Below, one piece after another: positions 28,418-38,219 of a stretch of DNA of 50,517 nt. The stretch comes from a bacterium (GTDB lineage: Bacteria; Desulfobacterota; DSWW01), in NCBI GenBank assembly GCA_040756235.1, contig JBFLZG010000133.1:1-50517 (forward strand). Reading direction: 5' to 3'. The notes below the pieces were generated by a model, which saw nothing but the letters and a program-made list of their open reading frames with translations, searched no databases and was not told the DNA's origin. The first letter of the stretch is position 1, and every line of letters begins with the position of its first letter. A program made the position numbers and the translations under genes.

Positions 28418-29650
28418 ATGCGACCAGGCAAAATAGGGGTACTCTCTCTTTCCATGCTCTGCGCGGGCTGGCTTTCGGCTGCCTCTGCTCTGGCCCAAGG
28501 TACGATGGAGGAGGAGGAGGATATCGCCGAGCTGCTGCCCGTCCCGTTTCCCACGGCACGAGAGGGCGAGGAGGTCAGCGGCCGCCAATGGGCCGTGCTG
28601 CCGCAAGTCGGGTTCGGGCCGGACACGGGGGGATTGGGCGGGCTCAAGTTTTCCCACCGCAATATCGACGGGAAGGGAGCGGCCCTGGACCTGGACGCCA
28701 CCTATGCCATGGAGGGGCAGAGCAACTTCGCCCTCTCGCTCGGATCCCCTCACCTCCTGGAAGACAAGCTCATCGTTCTGCTCCGGGCCAGGTACCGGAC
28801 CGACCCGGAAAGGGATTTCTTCGGCCTGGGCAACAACGACCTGGGCCCGGACCCGGTCTCGTTTCACGCTATCCAGGATATCGCAGGGGCCCTCACCGTC
28901 GGCTGGCGGCCCTTCCGGCGGCTCGCTTTCAACTTTGCCATCGGCGCCCGCGACGTTGAGATCTGGTGCGACAAGGGCTCCCCCTGCACACGCCGGGTCT
29001 TCGGCGACATGCCGGGCGTCACGGGCGGGACCGTCAATTACCTGGGCCTTTCGCTCGTCTGGAACAACCGGGACTCCATCCTTCGGCCCACCCGCGGCTG
29101 GCGCCTGATCGGCAAGGCCATTCACACCAACCAGGTGCTCCTGAGCGATTACCAGTTCACCCGCCTGGTCGGGGACGCCAGCTACCTGCGTTCCTTGTTC
29201 GACGACAAGCTGGTGCTGGGCGCGCGGATCAACAGCGAGTGGGTCATCGGACCCGAAGAAGACATCCCGTTCTGGGAGCTTTCAGAGCTGGGCGGCCGGG
29301 ACACGCTGCGCGGCTTCTTCCCGCACCGGTTTGCGGGCAAAGGCAGGGCCCTCGTCAACCTGGAGGCGCGTGGCAGTATCACCTCCTTTGACTTCTTCGA
29401 CATCTGGCGCGTCCATATCGACGGCGTGCTCTTCGGGGATGGCGGACGGGTGTTCATCGATCGGGACGAGCTGCGGGACGAATTCAAGCTGAACTCGGAA
29501 ATCATCTCCCGCGTGATCTCCGACTTGCAGTACAGCTACGGCGGCGGCCTGCGGATCACGCTTTCCAAATCTCTGGTCGCCCGCATCGACGCCGGGTTCA
29601 GCGAAGAAGAAACCGGGCTCGTGTACCTCTCCTTCGGCCAGACGTTCTGA
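28418..29650 (+). CDS. Omp85/BamA-TamA family beta-barrel without POTRA domains
   Basis: Signal peptide, LGGRDTLRGF (VRGF-type motif), YGGGLRI, C-terminal LYLSFGQTF-type barrel signal; 410 aa. Confidence 0.85.
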   Translation: MRPGKIGVLSLSMLCAGWLSAASALAQGTMEEEEDIAELLPVPFPTAREGEEVSGRQWAVLPQVGFGPDTGGLGGLKFSHRNIDGKGAALDLDATYAMEGQSNFALSLGSPHLLEDKLIVLLRARYRTDPERDFFGLGNNDLGPDPVSFHAIQDIAGALTVGWRPFRRLAFNFAIGARDVEIWCDKGSPCTRRVFGDMPGVTGGTVNYLGLSLVWNNRDSILRPTRGWRLIGKAIHTNQVLLSDYQFTRLVGDASYLRSLFDDKLVLGARINSEWVIGPEEDIPFWELSELGGRDTLRGFFPHRFAGKGRALVNLEARGSITSFDFFDIWRVHIDGVLFGDGGRVFIDRDELRDEFKLNSEIISRVISDLQYSYGGGLRITLSKSLVARIDAGFSEEETGLVYLSFGQTF

Positions 29651-29860
29651 CGCGCAATCCGGAACACTCGCTTATCTGTTCTCGTCCCAAACGGAATCCC
29701 CAGCGGCGAACAGGTCCGCGGCTCCCGGATTTTCGCAGCCGGCGGTCCCTGCGAACACCCATCTTATTTTCTTCTTCCCTTATTCGATCATTCAGGGGAT
29801 GATTACGATGTAATGACGTTATGGGTGTTTAAGAATATCCTCCGGATGAGGAGAGCCGTC

Positions 29861-32299
29861 ATGAAATTCACAGCCCTGATATGCGTGCTCGTCTTGGTGA
29901 GCCTGGCAGGGTGCGGCGGTGATGACCGTGCTTCGTCGGTGCAGTCGGAGAGCTATGAAGTTACCGTTACACGCACGACGTACGGCATCCCGCACATCAA
30001 CGCCCCCGATTTCGGGAGCCTGGGCTACGGATACGGCTACGCCTTTGCGCAGGACAACCTGTGCACCATGATGGAGGACTTCGTCGCGATCCGAGGGGAG
30101 CGTTCCAAGTACTGGGGCGGCGAGGGCGCGTATTCGATCCCGGCGGTAGGAGTCGCTCCCAACAACGTCGACAGCGACTTCTTCTGGAAATTCATGGCCG
30201 ATGCGGAGGCGGTCCGGCGCCTGCGCGACGCGACGCCCCCGGAGGTTCGGCAGGTCGTGCACGGCTACGTGGACGGCTTCAACCGCTACATCACGGAGCT
30301 TCAGGCCGGTGAGCACCCCGGCGAGCAGGCTGCCTGCGCGGAGGAACCCTATCTCGAGCCGATCACGGACGGCGACATGTACCGGCGCTTCGTCCGCCTC
30401 GCGATCATGGCCAGTTCCGAGGCGTTGATCGCCGAGATCGCGACGGCTCAACCTCCGGCTTCGGGTACGGCCGGGTCCCCGGAGGATCCCGTGGCGCAGC
30501 TTGAAGATCTCGAGAGAGTCGACCTCGCGGAGCTGCCCTCCGGGCTTCTGCGCCGTCAGGCCATGGGCAGCAACATGTATGCGCTAGGACCGGACGCGAC
30601 GGGCGGCGAGCCGATCGTCTTCGGAAATCCGCATTTCCCATGGACAGGAACGGAGCGCTTCTACCTGGCGCACATGACCCTACCGGGCACGATCGACATC
30701 GAAGGCGCCTCCCTGTTCGGGGCGCCGGTCGTGATGATCGGGTTCAATGACCGGCTGGCGTGGAGCCATACCGTTTCGACGGCCTACCGCTTTACTTTCT
30801 ACAAGCTCTCGCTCAGCCCCGCAAACCCGACGCAGTACATCTACGACGGGCAGACGGAGAACATGACCGCAGTTCCGCTGTCCGTGGAAGTGCGCAACCA
30901 GGACGGCTCGACGACCACACAGGAACGCACACTATACCGTTCTCGTTATGGACCGATGGTCGTGTTCAAGGTCGGCAGGGTCCCCGTGCTGGGATGGGAC
31001 AGGTCGACCGCCTTCACCCTGCGGGACGCCAACTACGAGAACGACCGGGTGGTGAAACAGTTCTTCGAGTGGGACAAGGCGGAGAGCCTCGACGAGTTCA
31101 AACGGCTCCACGCGAGCATACTGGGAGTGCCGTGGGTCAATACGGTCGCCTCGGGCCCGGGCGGCGACGCCTACTACGGCGACGTGAGCGTCGTGCCCCA
31201 CGTGACCGACGCTCAGGCAGAGAGCTGCGCGGTGTGGCCCTATAGCGATCTCATCGGCCTGCTCGTGCCCGGTCTTCCCCTGATGGACGGCAGCAGCAAA
31301 GAGTGCCAGTGGGGCACCGACCCCGACGCGCCGGCGCCAGGTATCTTCGGGCCCGGTCATCTGCCGACACTGGACCGGGGGGACTGGGTCGCCAACATGA
31401 ACGACAGCTACTGGCTCACCAACCCGGCACAGCCGATCACCGGATACAACCGCATCATCGGCCTCGAAGGCACGGAGCGTTCGCTGCGCACGCGCCAGGG
31501 CATCCTGCAGATCCAGCACCGCCTCGACGGCAGCGACGGTTTCGGCGGACCCAACCTGTTCGACCTGCCGAACCTGAAAGAGATCGTGCTGTCCGGGCAC
31601 ATTTATACTGCGGATCTGGCCCAGGCTGCGGTGCTGAGCGATCTCTGCCCGAGAGCAGGGATCTACGACACGGAAGCCGCCTGCAGCGCGATCCGCCAAT
31701 GGGACGGCGCCGCGACGCTGAGCTCGGTCGGTCTGCCCGTCTGGCAGCAATTCTGGGGCAATCTCCTTGCCCTGCCGTCCAACTACTGGATCACGCCCTT
31801 CGACGTCAACGATCCGGTGAATACCCCGAGGGATCTCAACACCTCGCTCTTCTCGGTTCGAAAGGCGCTATTCGACGCACAGACAAGGATCGAGGGGGCA
31901 GGGTTGTCCCTTGCCGCGCCCCTGGGCGAGCAGCAACACGCCGGGGTCAACGACCCGACCATTCCGATCTTCGGCGAAGGAGGCGCCATCGGCGCGTTCA
32001 CGATCGCGGAGGATTCGGAGGTCGAGGCGGACCCGAATGCGCTCGGGCCGGAGGGGTATCGGATCGACTTCGGCAACAGCTATATCCAGGTCGTGACGTG
32101 GGACAGCGGCGGCGTGCACGCAGAGGGGTTCCTCACCTATTCTCAGTCCACGGATCCGGCCAGCCCGCACTATGCCGACTTCACCGAAGCGTATTCACAG
32201 AAGCGCTGGCAGCGGCTTCCCTTCCACCCGGACGAGATCGCCGCGGACCGGATCAGCCAGATCACCCTGAGCGGCACCCCCTCGCCCGTTGCGGAGTGA
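29861..32299 (+). CDS. Penicillin acylase family (PvdQ/AHL-acylase-like) Ntn-hydrolase lipoprotein
   Basis: Lipobox LAGC, YGIPHI, GYGYAFAQDN, GSN nucleophile site, GNPHFPW, YSQSTDP. Confidence 0.9.
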   Translation: MKFTALICVLVLVSLAGCGGDDRASSVQSESYEVTVTRTTYGIPHINAPDFGSLGYGYGYAFAQDNLCTMMEDFVAIRGERSKYWGGEGAYSIPAVGVAPNNVDSDFFWKFMADAEAVRRLRDATPPEVRQVVHGYVDGFNRYITELQAGEHPGEQAACAEEPYLEPITDGDMYRRFVRLAIMASSEALIAEIATAQPPASGTAGSPEDPVAQLEDLERVDLAELPSGLLRRQAMGSNMYALGPDATGGEPIVFGNPHFPWTGTERFYLAHMTLPGTIDIEGASLFGAPVVMIGFNDRLAWSHTVSTAYRFTFYKLSLSPANPTQYIYDGQTENMTAVPLSVEVRNQDGSTTTQERTLYRSRYGPMVVFKVGRVPVLGWDRSTAFTLRDANYENDRVVKQFFEWDKAESLDEFKRLHASILGVPWVNTVASGPGGDAYYGDVSVVPHVTDAQAESCAVWPYSDLIGLLVPGLPLMDGSSKECQWGTDPDAPAPGIFGPGHLPTLDRGDWVANMNDSYWLTNPAQPITGYNRIIGLEGTERSLRTRQGILQIQHRLDGSDGFGGPNLFDLPNLKEIVLSGHIYTADLAQAAVLSDLCPRAGIYDTEAACSAIRQWDGAATLSSVGLPVWQQFWGNLLALPSNYWITPFDVNDPVNTPRDLNTSLFSVRKALFDAQTRIEGAGLSLAAPLGEQQHAGVNDPTIPIFGEGGAIGAFTIAEDSEVEADPNALGPEGYRIDFGNSYIQVVTWDSGGVHAEGFLTYSQSTDPASPHYADFTEAYSQKRWQRLPFHPDEIAADRISQITLSGTPSPVAE

Positions 32300-32330
32300 A
32301 CGCGGGTGTCCGCGGGAGCGCAACGCCTGA

Positions 32331-32477
32331 GGTTTTCCGGAGACGCACTACTCATGGCGGAACCAGGTGCCGCTCCTGTCACGCAAGTTCAAGGCCGTCG
32401 TTCCCGACATGCGTGGGTACGGGGAGACGTTCGCGCCCTGGGCGCTCGAAGACTACACACTGGACGTCCTAGTTCAG
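32331..32477 (+). pseudogene. Fragment of an epoxide-hydrolase-like alpha/beta hydrolase
   Basis: In-frame GFPETHYSWRNQVPLLSRKFKAVVPDMRGYGET..EDYTLDVLV directly after a TGA; N-terminus and catalytic part missing. Confidence 0.7.
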
Positions 32478-32486
32478 GAGGGACGG

Positions 32487-33026
32487 ATGAAAGAGGACCA
32501 CGGCTCCCTTCGCTATCGTGCGGGATACTTCTGGACCCTTGTGCTCCGAGCTCTGGTTTTCGTTTTCGTCTCTCTGGCAGCGCCGGGCGCCTCGATTGCG
32601 CAGATGCGTCCCGATATTCCGATCCAGTTCAAGATCAAGGGTGAATTCTACGACCCTGAACAGAATCCCGAGAAAGGCGGGGTGAACGCACTCACGGCCA
32701 ACGTAGAGGGCAAAAAGTGGATCCTGGATATCGAGAGGGCGGACGCACTGAAAGGCGGCGTGCCTGGGTCAACCGTAATCAACAAGATCTATCCCCCCAC
32801 GTTGACCTTTGTGGGCCCGAAGGAGCTCACCTCGCAACTGACGGGCCCGGACACCGCTGGCAAATCCTTTACGATGACCGGCCAACTCTATCTCAAGACG
32901 CGGATGTTCAGGCTCGAGTCCGTGGAGAGCAGCGAAGAGGGCGGCGAAGGCGAGCCCGCCTCCGCCCCGCAGGCTAAATCACGGCCTGTTCTTCCGGCCT
33001 CTTCACCCCCTACGGATGATCCCTGA
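32487..33026 (+). CDS. Hypothetical exported protein
   Basis: GGAGGG RBS before ATG 32487; hydrophobic N-terminal segment ending ASIAQ. Confidence 0.65.
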   Translation: MKEDHGSLRYRAGYFWTLVLRALVFVFVSLAAPGASIAQMRPDIPIQFKIKGEFYDPEQNPEKGGVNALTANVEGKKWILDIERADALKGGVPGSTVINKIYPPTLTFVGPKELTSQLTGPDTAGKSFTMTGQLYLKTRMFRLESVESSEEGGEGEPASAPQAKSRPVLPASSPPTDDP

Positions 33027-33256
33027 ACAGCAGAGGGTAGGTATCCTGAGTTTCTCCTCTTTGATGTTACGTGCAGCATGAGCATTATCTGGACTTTCGC
33101 CCAGCCGCTTCACGAGAGCATGTCTTAAGCCGAAATCTTGTCCTAAAAGGAGAGGTGTGAAATTCACGATCGAATAGCAGATATCGTCACTCTCGCGCTT
33201 TCAGATACAACCACAACGCGAATACACGGATGCTTACCCAAGATGCCATACACGGC

Positions 33257-33751
33257 TTACCCCATAACCACTACAACCAGAAGTACGTTCTGGGCCATGA
33301 AGGGCTTTGTCCCATCAGGCACCCATATGTCCACCCTCCTCTTGAATCGTTTATTCATAACGTCTCCAACTTCGAACACCCCATACCCTTCAAGATATAC
33401 TTTCTGTCCTGGTACAAACCCCTTTTCGAGAAGATCCCGGCTGACGGCAATGAGACCAGGACCTGTCCTCCAGTTGAATGCTGTGATATTCGGAGTGCTG
33501 TCCGTCTCCTCTACCCGACTTCTATAGCAGGTTACGGTAACCCTCGCGGCAGGGGGGCCATCTTTCTTGTCTTTCCAGTCACGAATACCATCAAAAAGGG
33601 CACGAAACCCGGAGGATTGATCCTCCATTTGGTTTACCCTCATCCTCAATAGATCGAGATCTTGTGCCATCATCCGCCGTTCATACATCCCTGCAAAAAG
33701 AAAGAGACTGAAGACAATAAGAAAGATGAAAGATACGGAATGCTGCCTCAT
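33257..33751 (-). CDS. 3D (Asp-Asp-Asp) domain putative peptidoglycan-lytic protein
   Basis: N-terminal TM; VTVTCY..ETDSTPNITA..IAVSRDL..VGDVMNKRFKRRVDIW; GGAGGGG RBS. Confidence 0.8.
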   Translation of the reverse strand: MRQHSVSFIFLIVFSLFLFAGMYERRMMAQDLDLLRMRVNQMEDQSSGFRALFDGIRDWKDKKDGPPAARVTVTCYRSRVEETDSTPNITAFNWRTGPGLIAVSRDLLEKGFVPGQKVYLEGYGVFEVGDVMNKRFKRRVDIWVPDGTKPFMAQNVLLVVVVMG

Positions 33752-34666
33752 TTTAGTAACCCCTCCGGCTACTTCTCTAAGTTCTTTGCGCTTAACCTCC
33801 TCACTCTCCCTACACCGGTTTGTAGTTGGTTGACCGTGCCTACTATGTACACTTTGAAGTATCCGCCTTGCTCTGTTTCCCCTCGTTGTTCTAATGCTCT
33901 CAAGTGAGAGGAACAAACGTCGCCGCGTGACGTCACGGGGGCGAGCTCCTAGCCGTCATTTACCCGGGAAAGCTTGAATTGCACTCCCATCCCACGCTCC
34001 CCGATCCAAGCAATCTGCCCCCTTATCCTGCAACGATGTTGATTGCCGAGGAGTGAGAAGATCATTATGATTTCTGCGCGCCCATCGGAAGCTTCTGGGA
34101 CTCACGTTATAGTTGACGAGTAGCTACTTCGGTTTCTGCAAAAAACATGCGAGACGGATTTGCAGCCGTTTTCAGAAACTTACGTTTTCTCGGGTACCCG
34201 GAGGTCAAGATTTGTGAGGAACTATTCGAGGAGAATTGGGAAAGAAAATACTCACCGCAATCACGATCCCTTGAACGAGCGGGAATGCTAACGGCCGGAG
34301 GATGATCCGGGTCTTCCGTAAGATGACTTGCGAAAAACAGGCGAGTACCTGGGAGGTTACTATAAAGTGTAAACCGCCCCTCAGTACGCGCTCTGATATT
34401 TCCTCAGACCAAGTTTGTCTCTCGCCCAAGCCCAGCACTGCGACCCCAGGTGGAATGGAGGTCTTCAACATTATCCACCCCACTACTCACGAGGCTTCGC
34501 CTCAGACCGCCGAGCGTGTCGAACAAAAAAGGCTCGCCCATGGACAGCTGCAATTAGTGGGGAGTAGAAACTTTATTCCGGGCTGCGCCGAAACGACGCA
34601 AGGAGCCACACATTCCTGTGGGGGCGGCGGTTCGCCGCCCGCGGGAGGCACGAAGTCAGAGTGGGG

Positions 34667-34743
34667 AATCCCCCCCTGCGCCCCCTTTGCGAAAGGGGGG
34701 AGAAAAGAAGGGAATCCCCCCTGGCCCCTGTTTTCAAGGGGGG
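34667..34743. repeat. Tandem CCCCCCTG..CCCC..TT..AAGGGGG hairpin repeat
   Basis: Two similar units, each beginning GGGAATCCCCCC. Confidence 0.6.
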
Positions 34744-34798
34744 GAAGGGAGAGGAAGGACTCTAGGCTTACCAGCCCGTTGAAAAAGTCAGCAATGTC

Positions 34799-34948
34799 CA
34801 GGCCGTTCAAAAAGGTCCAGATGCAAGGCGCGCGAAGTTTGAGGAACGAGGCTTCCCGCAACGGTGGAAGGGCGGGGAGCCTGTCCCGGCGAAGGCCGGG
34901 AACGATAAACGAGCGCAACGCAGCAGATGGGCCTTTTTCAGCGGCCTG
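34799..34948. mobile_element. MITE family B copy abutting the flxA-like stop
   Basis: TIRs CAGGCCGTTCAAAAAGGTCCA/TGGGCCTTTTTCAGCGGCCTG; conserved GATGCAAGGC and GCAACGCAGCAGATGGGC. Confidence 0.8.
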
Positions 34949-35794
34949 TTAGACCACGTGCGTTTCGGGGAGAGTCTTCAGGCGCGTGAAGGAGAAGACC
35001 GGGCCGTCCTTGCAGACGTAGAGAGGGCCCACGTTGCAGCGGCCGCATTTGCCGATCCCGCACTTCATGCGGTTTTCCAGGGTGGTGTAGATCTGGTCGT
35101 CGGAGAAGCCGAGCTCCTGGAGGTTCTTCAGCACGAAGCGGATCATCACCGGCGGGCCGCAGGTGATGGCGATGGCGTTCTCCGGCGACGGCTTGACCCG
35201 GAGCAGGTTGGTCGGCACGAACCCGACGAATCGTTCCCACCCCTCCTCCTTCACGTCGATGGAGAGGTGCACCCGTACGTCGTCCCTCTTTTCCAGCGCG
35301 TACAGCTCTTCCTTGAAGCAGAGGTCCGCTGTGGTCCGAGCGCCGTAGATGATGTCGATGGTGCCGTAGTCCTGTCGGTTGTCGAGCAGATACTGGGTCA
35401 TCCCCCAGAGCGGCGCCTGGCCGATGCCCCCGCCGATGGTGACGATGTTCTTGCCCTTCCACTCCTCGACCGGGAAGTGGTTCCCGTACGGCCCCCGCAC
35501 GGTCACCGGGTCGCCGGCTTCCCGGGCGTGAAGGGCCGAGGTCACCTTGCCCAGCTTCATGATGCTGAAGGCGATCGAGCCCTTCTGCGTCGGCGAGGAG
35601 GCGATCGAGATCATGCTCTCCCCCACGCCGGGAACGCCCACCATGGCGCACTGGCCCGGCTGGTACGCGAAGGCTTCCCGGTAGGCGTCCTCCTCGAGCT
35701 GGATGCGGAAGGTCCTGATGACCCGGTCGCCCGCGGTCTCCTGTTTGACGCTCAGAATCTTTCCCTGGTGCGGAAGATAGGGATTGTTCATCAT
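34949..35794 (-). CDS. flxA: FAD/NAD(P)-binding 2Fe-2S oxidoreductase (FlxA/AsrB/HydG family)
   Basis: YQPGQ, RGPYGN, GGGIG, CGPPVM, MKCGIGKCGRC..VCKDGPVF. Confidence 0.85.
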   Translation of the reverse strand: MMNNPYLPHQGKILSVKQETAGDRVIRTFRIQLEEDAYREAFAYQPGQCAMVGVPGVGESMISIASSPTQKGSIAFSIMKLGKVTSALHAREAGDPVTVRGPYGNHFPVEEWKGKNIVTIGGGIGQAPLWGMTQYLLDNRQDYGTIDIIYGARTTADLCFKEELYALEKRDDVRVHLSIDVKEEGWERFVGFVPTNLLRVKPSPENAIAITCGPPVMIRFVLKNLQELGFSDDQIYTTLENRMKCGIGKCGRCNVGPLYVCKDGPVFSFTRLKTLPETHVV

Positions 35795-36810
35795 AGGCTC
35801 TCTACTCTCCGGAGATTCTCGACGAGGTCCTCGCCTGCCGGACACAGGGTGATGCACCTGCCGCAGCCCACGCAGCCCGCGATGCCGTGGCGCTCGAGCT
35901 GGTACTTGAACTTGTGGTACATGCGGTTTCTCAGACGTTCCGCCCGGGTCGGCCTGGGATTGTGGCCCGAGGCGTGCAGCGTGTACTCGCCGAACATGCA
36001 CGAGTCCCACACCCGGATCCGCTTCCCCTTGCCCTTGATCTTCTCGTCCTGGATGTCGAAGCAGTAGCAGGTCGGGCAGGTGAAGGTGCAGACGCCGCAG
36101 CTCAGGCATCTCTGCGCCATCTCGGCCCAGACCGGGCTCTCGAACAGGCTCTCCAATTTCTGGGGGAGCCCCTCGATGCGGCTCGACCGGCGGACTCGCT
36201 TGACGGCCTCGGCCGCGATCCTCTCCCGTTCCGCAACTTCTTCCTGGGAAGCCGCCGCGAAGAGCGGCTCGGCCACCTTCGCCGCTTCAGCGCCCGCCTC
36301 GGTCAGGACCTCGACGACGTAGGAGCCGCCGCAGTCACAGAAGAGGAGGTCGAGGCCGTCCGAGGAGGAAGGGCTGCCGCCCAGGGAGGTGCAGAAGCAG
36401 TTGGCGAACGGCTTCGAGCAGACGAGACCCGCCAGGATGGTGTTCTTTCTTTTCGCCGCGTAATACGGGTCCGGGCAGTCCTTCTCGTCGAACACGGCAT
36501 CGATGATTCCGAAGGCCCGGGCATCGCAGGGCCTGACGCCGAAGACCAGCCGCTTCTTCTGGGTGCCGCGCAGGTCGGGCTCCTTGGGCGTGCCCTTCTT
36601 GTCGAAGCTGAAGAGGGTCTCGGTCTGGGGAAGCATGAGCTTCTTGGCCGGCAGGGGCTGGTGCTCCAGGTCGATCGCTGCGCTCTCCGGGTCGGAGATC
36701 GGCTCGAAGGCGGTCACCTCGGCCCGTCTCACCGGCGCAAAGAGCTCGAAGCCGGTCCATGTCTTCAGGAGCTCTTTCAAATTTTCCTTCTTGAGGCTGT
36801 ACTTTTCCAT
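35791..36810 (-). CDS. flxB: 4Fe-4S dicluster protein (FlxB/AsrA/HydB family)
   Basis: GVRPCD, CFCTS, CLSCGVCTFTCPTCYC, WDSC, CVGCGRCITLCP. Confidence 0.85.
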   Translation of the reverse strand: MEKYSLKKENLKELLKTWTGFELFAPVRRAEVTAFEPISDPESAAIDLEHQPLPAKKLMLPQTETLFSFDKKGTPKEPDLRGTQKKRLVFGVRPCDARAFGIIDAVFDEKDCPDPYYAAKRKNTILAGLVCSKPFANCFCTSLGGSPSSSDGLDLLFCDCGGSYVVEVLTEAGAEAAKVAEPLFAAASQEEVAERERIAAEAVKRVRRSSRIEGLPQKLESLFESPVWAEMAQRCLSCGVCTFTCPTCYCFDIQDEKIKGKGKRIRVWDSCMFGEYTLHASGHNPRPTRAERLRNRMYHKFKYQLERHGIAGCVGCGRCITLCPAGEDLVENLRRVESL

Positions 36811-36828
36811 GGCTCTCTGCTCGGGCAG

Positions 36829-37797
36829 TTAGAGGATGAAATTCTCCGGGTCCTTGCGCTCGAAGGTGGAAAAGAGCGGCTTCTGTCCCGTTTCCGTTCC
36901 GGCCGTGTGGCCGAACAGCTCCTTGACGTCTTTCTCCATCTTGCGATTGAGCAGCATGAGAGGGAGGTTCACCGGGCAGACCCGCTCGCACTCCCCGCAG
37001 CCGGCGCACCTTCCCGCCAGGTGGTAGGCCCGGGCCAGATGGTAGGTCAGGTTGTCGCCCCCGTTCACCGAGCGATGGATGAACTGCGGGTTGAGCCTCT
37101 CCAGCACGCACTCGTCGCAGAAGCAGACCGGGCAGGCGTTCCGGCAGGCGTAGCAGCGCAGGCAGCGACTGAACGCTTCCTTCCAGAAGGCTTCCTTTTC
37201 CTCCAGGGAAAGGGCCTCGATCGCGGCCACGTCCTCGTAGGAGGCTTCTCTGCCGGCCACCGGCTCGCCGAGGAGGACGTCACAGAGGATCGGGGTGGGG
37301 AAGGCGCAGCGCTTGCAGTGGTCCGCAAGCAGCTCCTCGCGGGAGAGCTCGAACGAATCGCCGCCGATTCGGACCCGGTAGCCGGCGCCCCCCTCGGCGA
37401 CTTCCACGGGCGCGGCCGTCCGGTCCGGGAACCTCGCCTCGATCTTCTTCCGGTCGATGACTCCCGGACAAGGGACGCCCAGGATGATCAGTCTCTCGCG
37501 CGGGATCCCGTTCTCGGCCACGACCTGACACAGGGCGCGGCTGTCGCAGCCTCGCGCCACGATCGCGATCTTGCCCTCTCCTGCCTGCAGCAGAGCCCCC
37601 TTCTCCAGGGTCAGGTACTTGACCAGGGAGATGTTGCAGAGGGGAGAAAAGGTGAGGCCTTCCACGTCCCCCTCGGTCCGGGCAAAGAGCGGGGACACGC
37701 GAAACCCGGTCTCGTCCTGGCCGTAGCCGATCACGCACTTTGCCTCTCCCTGGGAGAGGATCCGTTTCGCCTCGTCTTTCATCTTCTGGGTATTCAT
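36829..37797 (-). CDS. flxC: 4Fe-4S dicluster protein (FlxC/FdhB-like)
   Basis: ARGCD, CKRC, RCLRCYACRNACPVCFC, HLAGRCAGCGECERVCP; start ATG 37797. Confidence 0.8.
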   Translation of the reverse strand: MNTQKMKDEAKRILSQGEAKCVIGYGQDETGFRVSPLFARTEGDVEGLTFSPLCNISLVKYLTLEKGALLQAGEGKIAIVARGCDSRALCQVVAENGIPRERLIILGVPCPGVIDRKKIEARFPDRTAAPVEVAEGGAGYRVRIGGDSFELSREELLADHCKRCAFPTPILCDVLLGEPVAGREASYEDVAAIEALSLEEKEAFWKEAFSRCLRCYACRNACPVCFCDECVLERLNPQFIHRSVNGGDNLTYHLARAYHLAGRCAGCGECERVCPVNLPLMLLNRKMEKDVKELFGHTAGTETGQKPLFSTFERKDPENFIL

Positions 37798-37802
37798 TCG
37801 TC

Positions 37803-38219
37803 TCACTCTTCGAATGCGCTCAGGGGACCGATATCCTTGACCTTCTTCGTGACTTCCTTGACCACCTCGGCGAACTTCTTGCCCTCGGACGCGGACACCC
37901 AGCTCATGCGCAGCCGGTCCGGGCTGATGCCCACGAACTCCATGAGGTTGCGGAACAGCGTGATCTTTCTCCGGGCGAGGTAGTTCCCCTGCATGTAGTG
38001 ACACTCTCCGGGGTGGCACCCGGAGACCAGGACGCCGTCCGCTCCCTGGCGAAAGGCCGCCATGGCGAACAGGGGGTTGAACCGGCCCGTGCACATGACC
38101 CTGACCGCCCTCACGTTCTCCGGATAGTGGAAATGCGAGGTCCCGGTCAGGTCCGCGCCCGCGTAGGAGCACCAGTTGCAGAGAAAAGCGACGATGTTGG
38201 GATCGAACTTCTTAAGCAT
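37803..38219 (-). CDS. mvhD: MvhD/FlxD-like 2Fe-2S subunit
   Basis: FLCNWCSYAGAD, VMCTGR, GCHPGECHY, WVSASEG. Confidence 0.92.
   Translation of the reverse strand: MLKKFDPNIVAFLCNWCSYAGADLTGTSHFHYPENVRAVRVMCTGRFNPLFAMAAFRQGADGVLVSGCHPGECHYMQGNYLARRKITLFRNLMEFVGISPDRLRMSWVSASEGKKFAEVVKEVTKKVKDIGPLSAFEE

Noticed and set aside
33752..33845. c-di-GMP-I riboswitch upstream of the 3D gene
   Set aside because: Only scattered words resemble it (CAAACC, GCGCAAAG, GGGGTTAC) and I could not build the required stems; an Infernal search would settle it.
34949..36810. Anaerobic sulfite reductase asrAB or sulfhydrogenase
   Set aside because: No asrC and no NiFe large subunit; the hdrA-mvhD context fits Flx.
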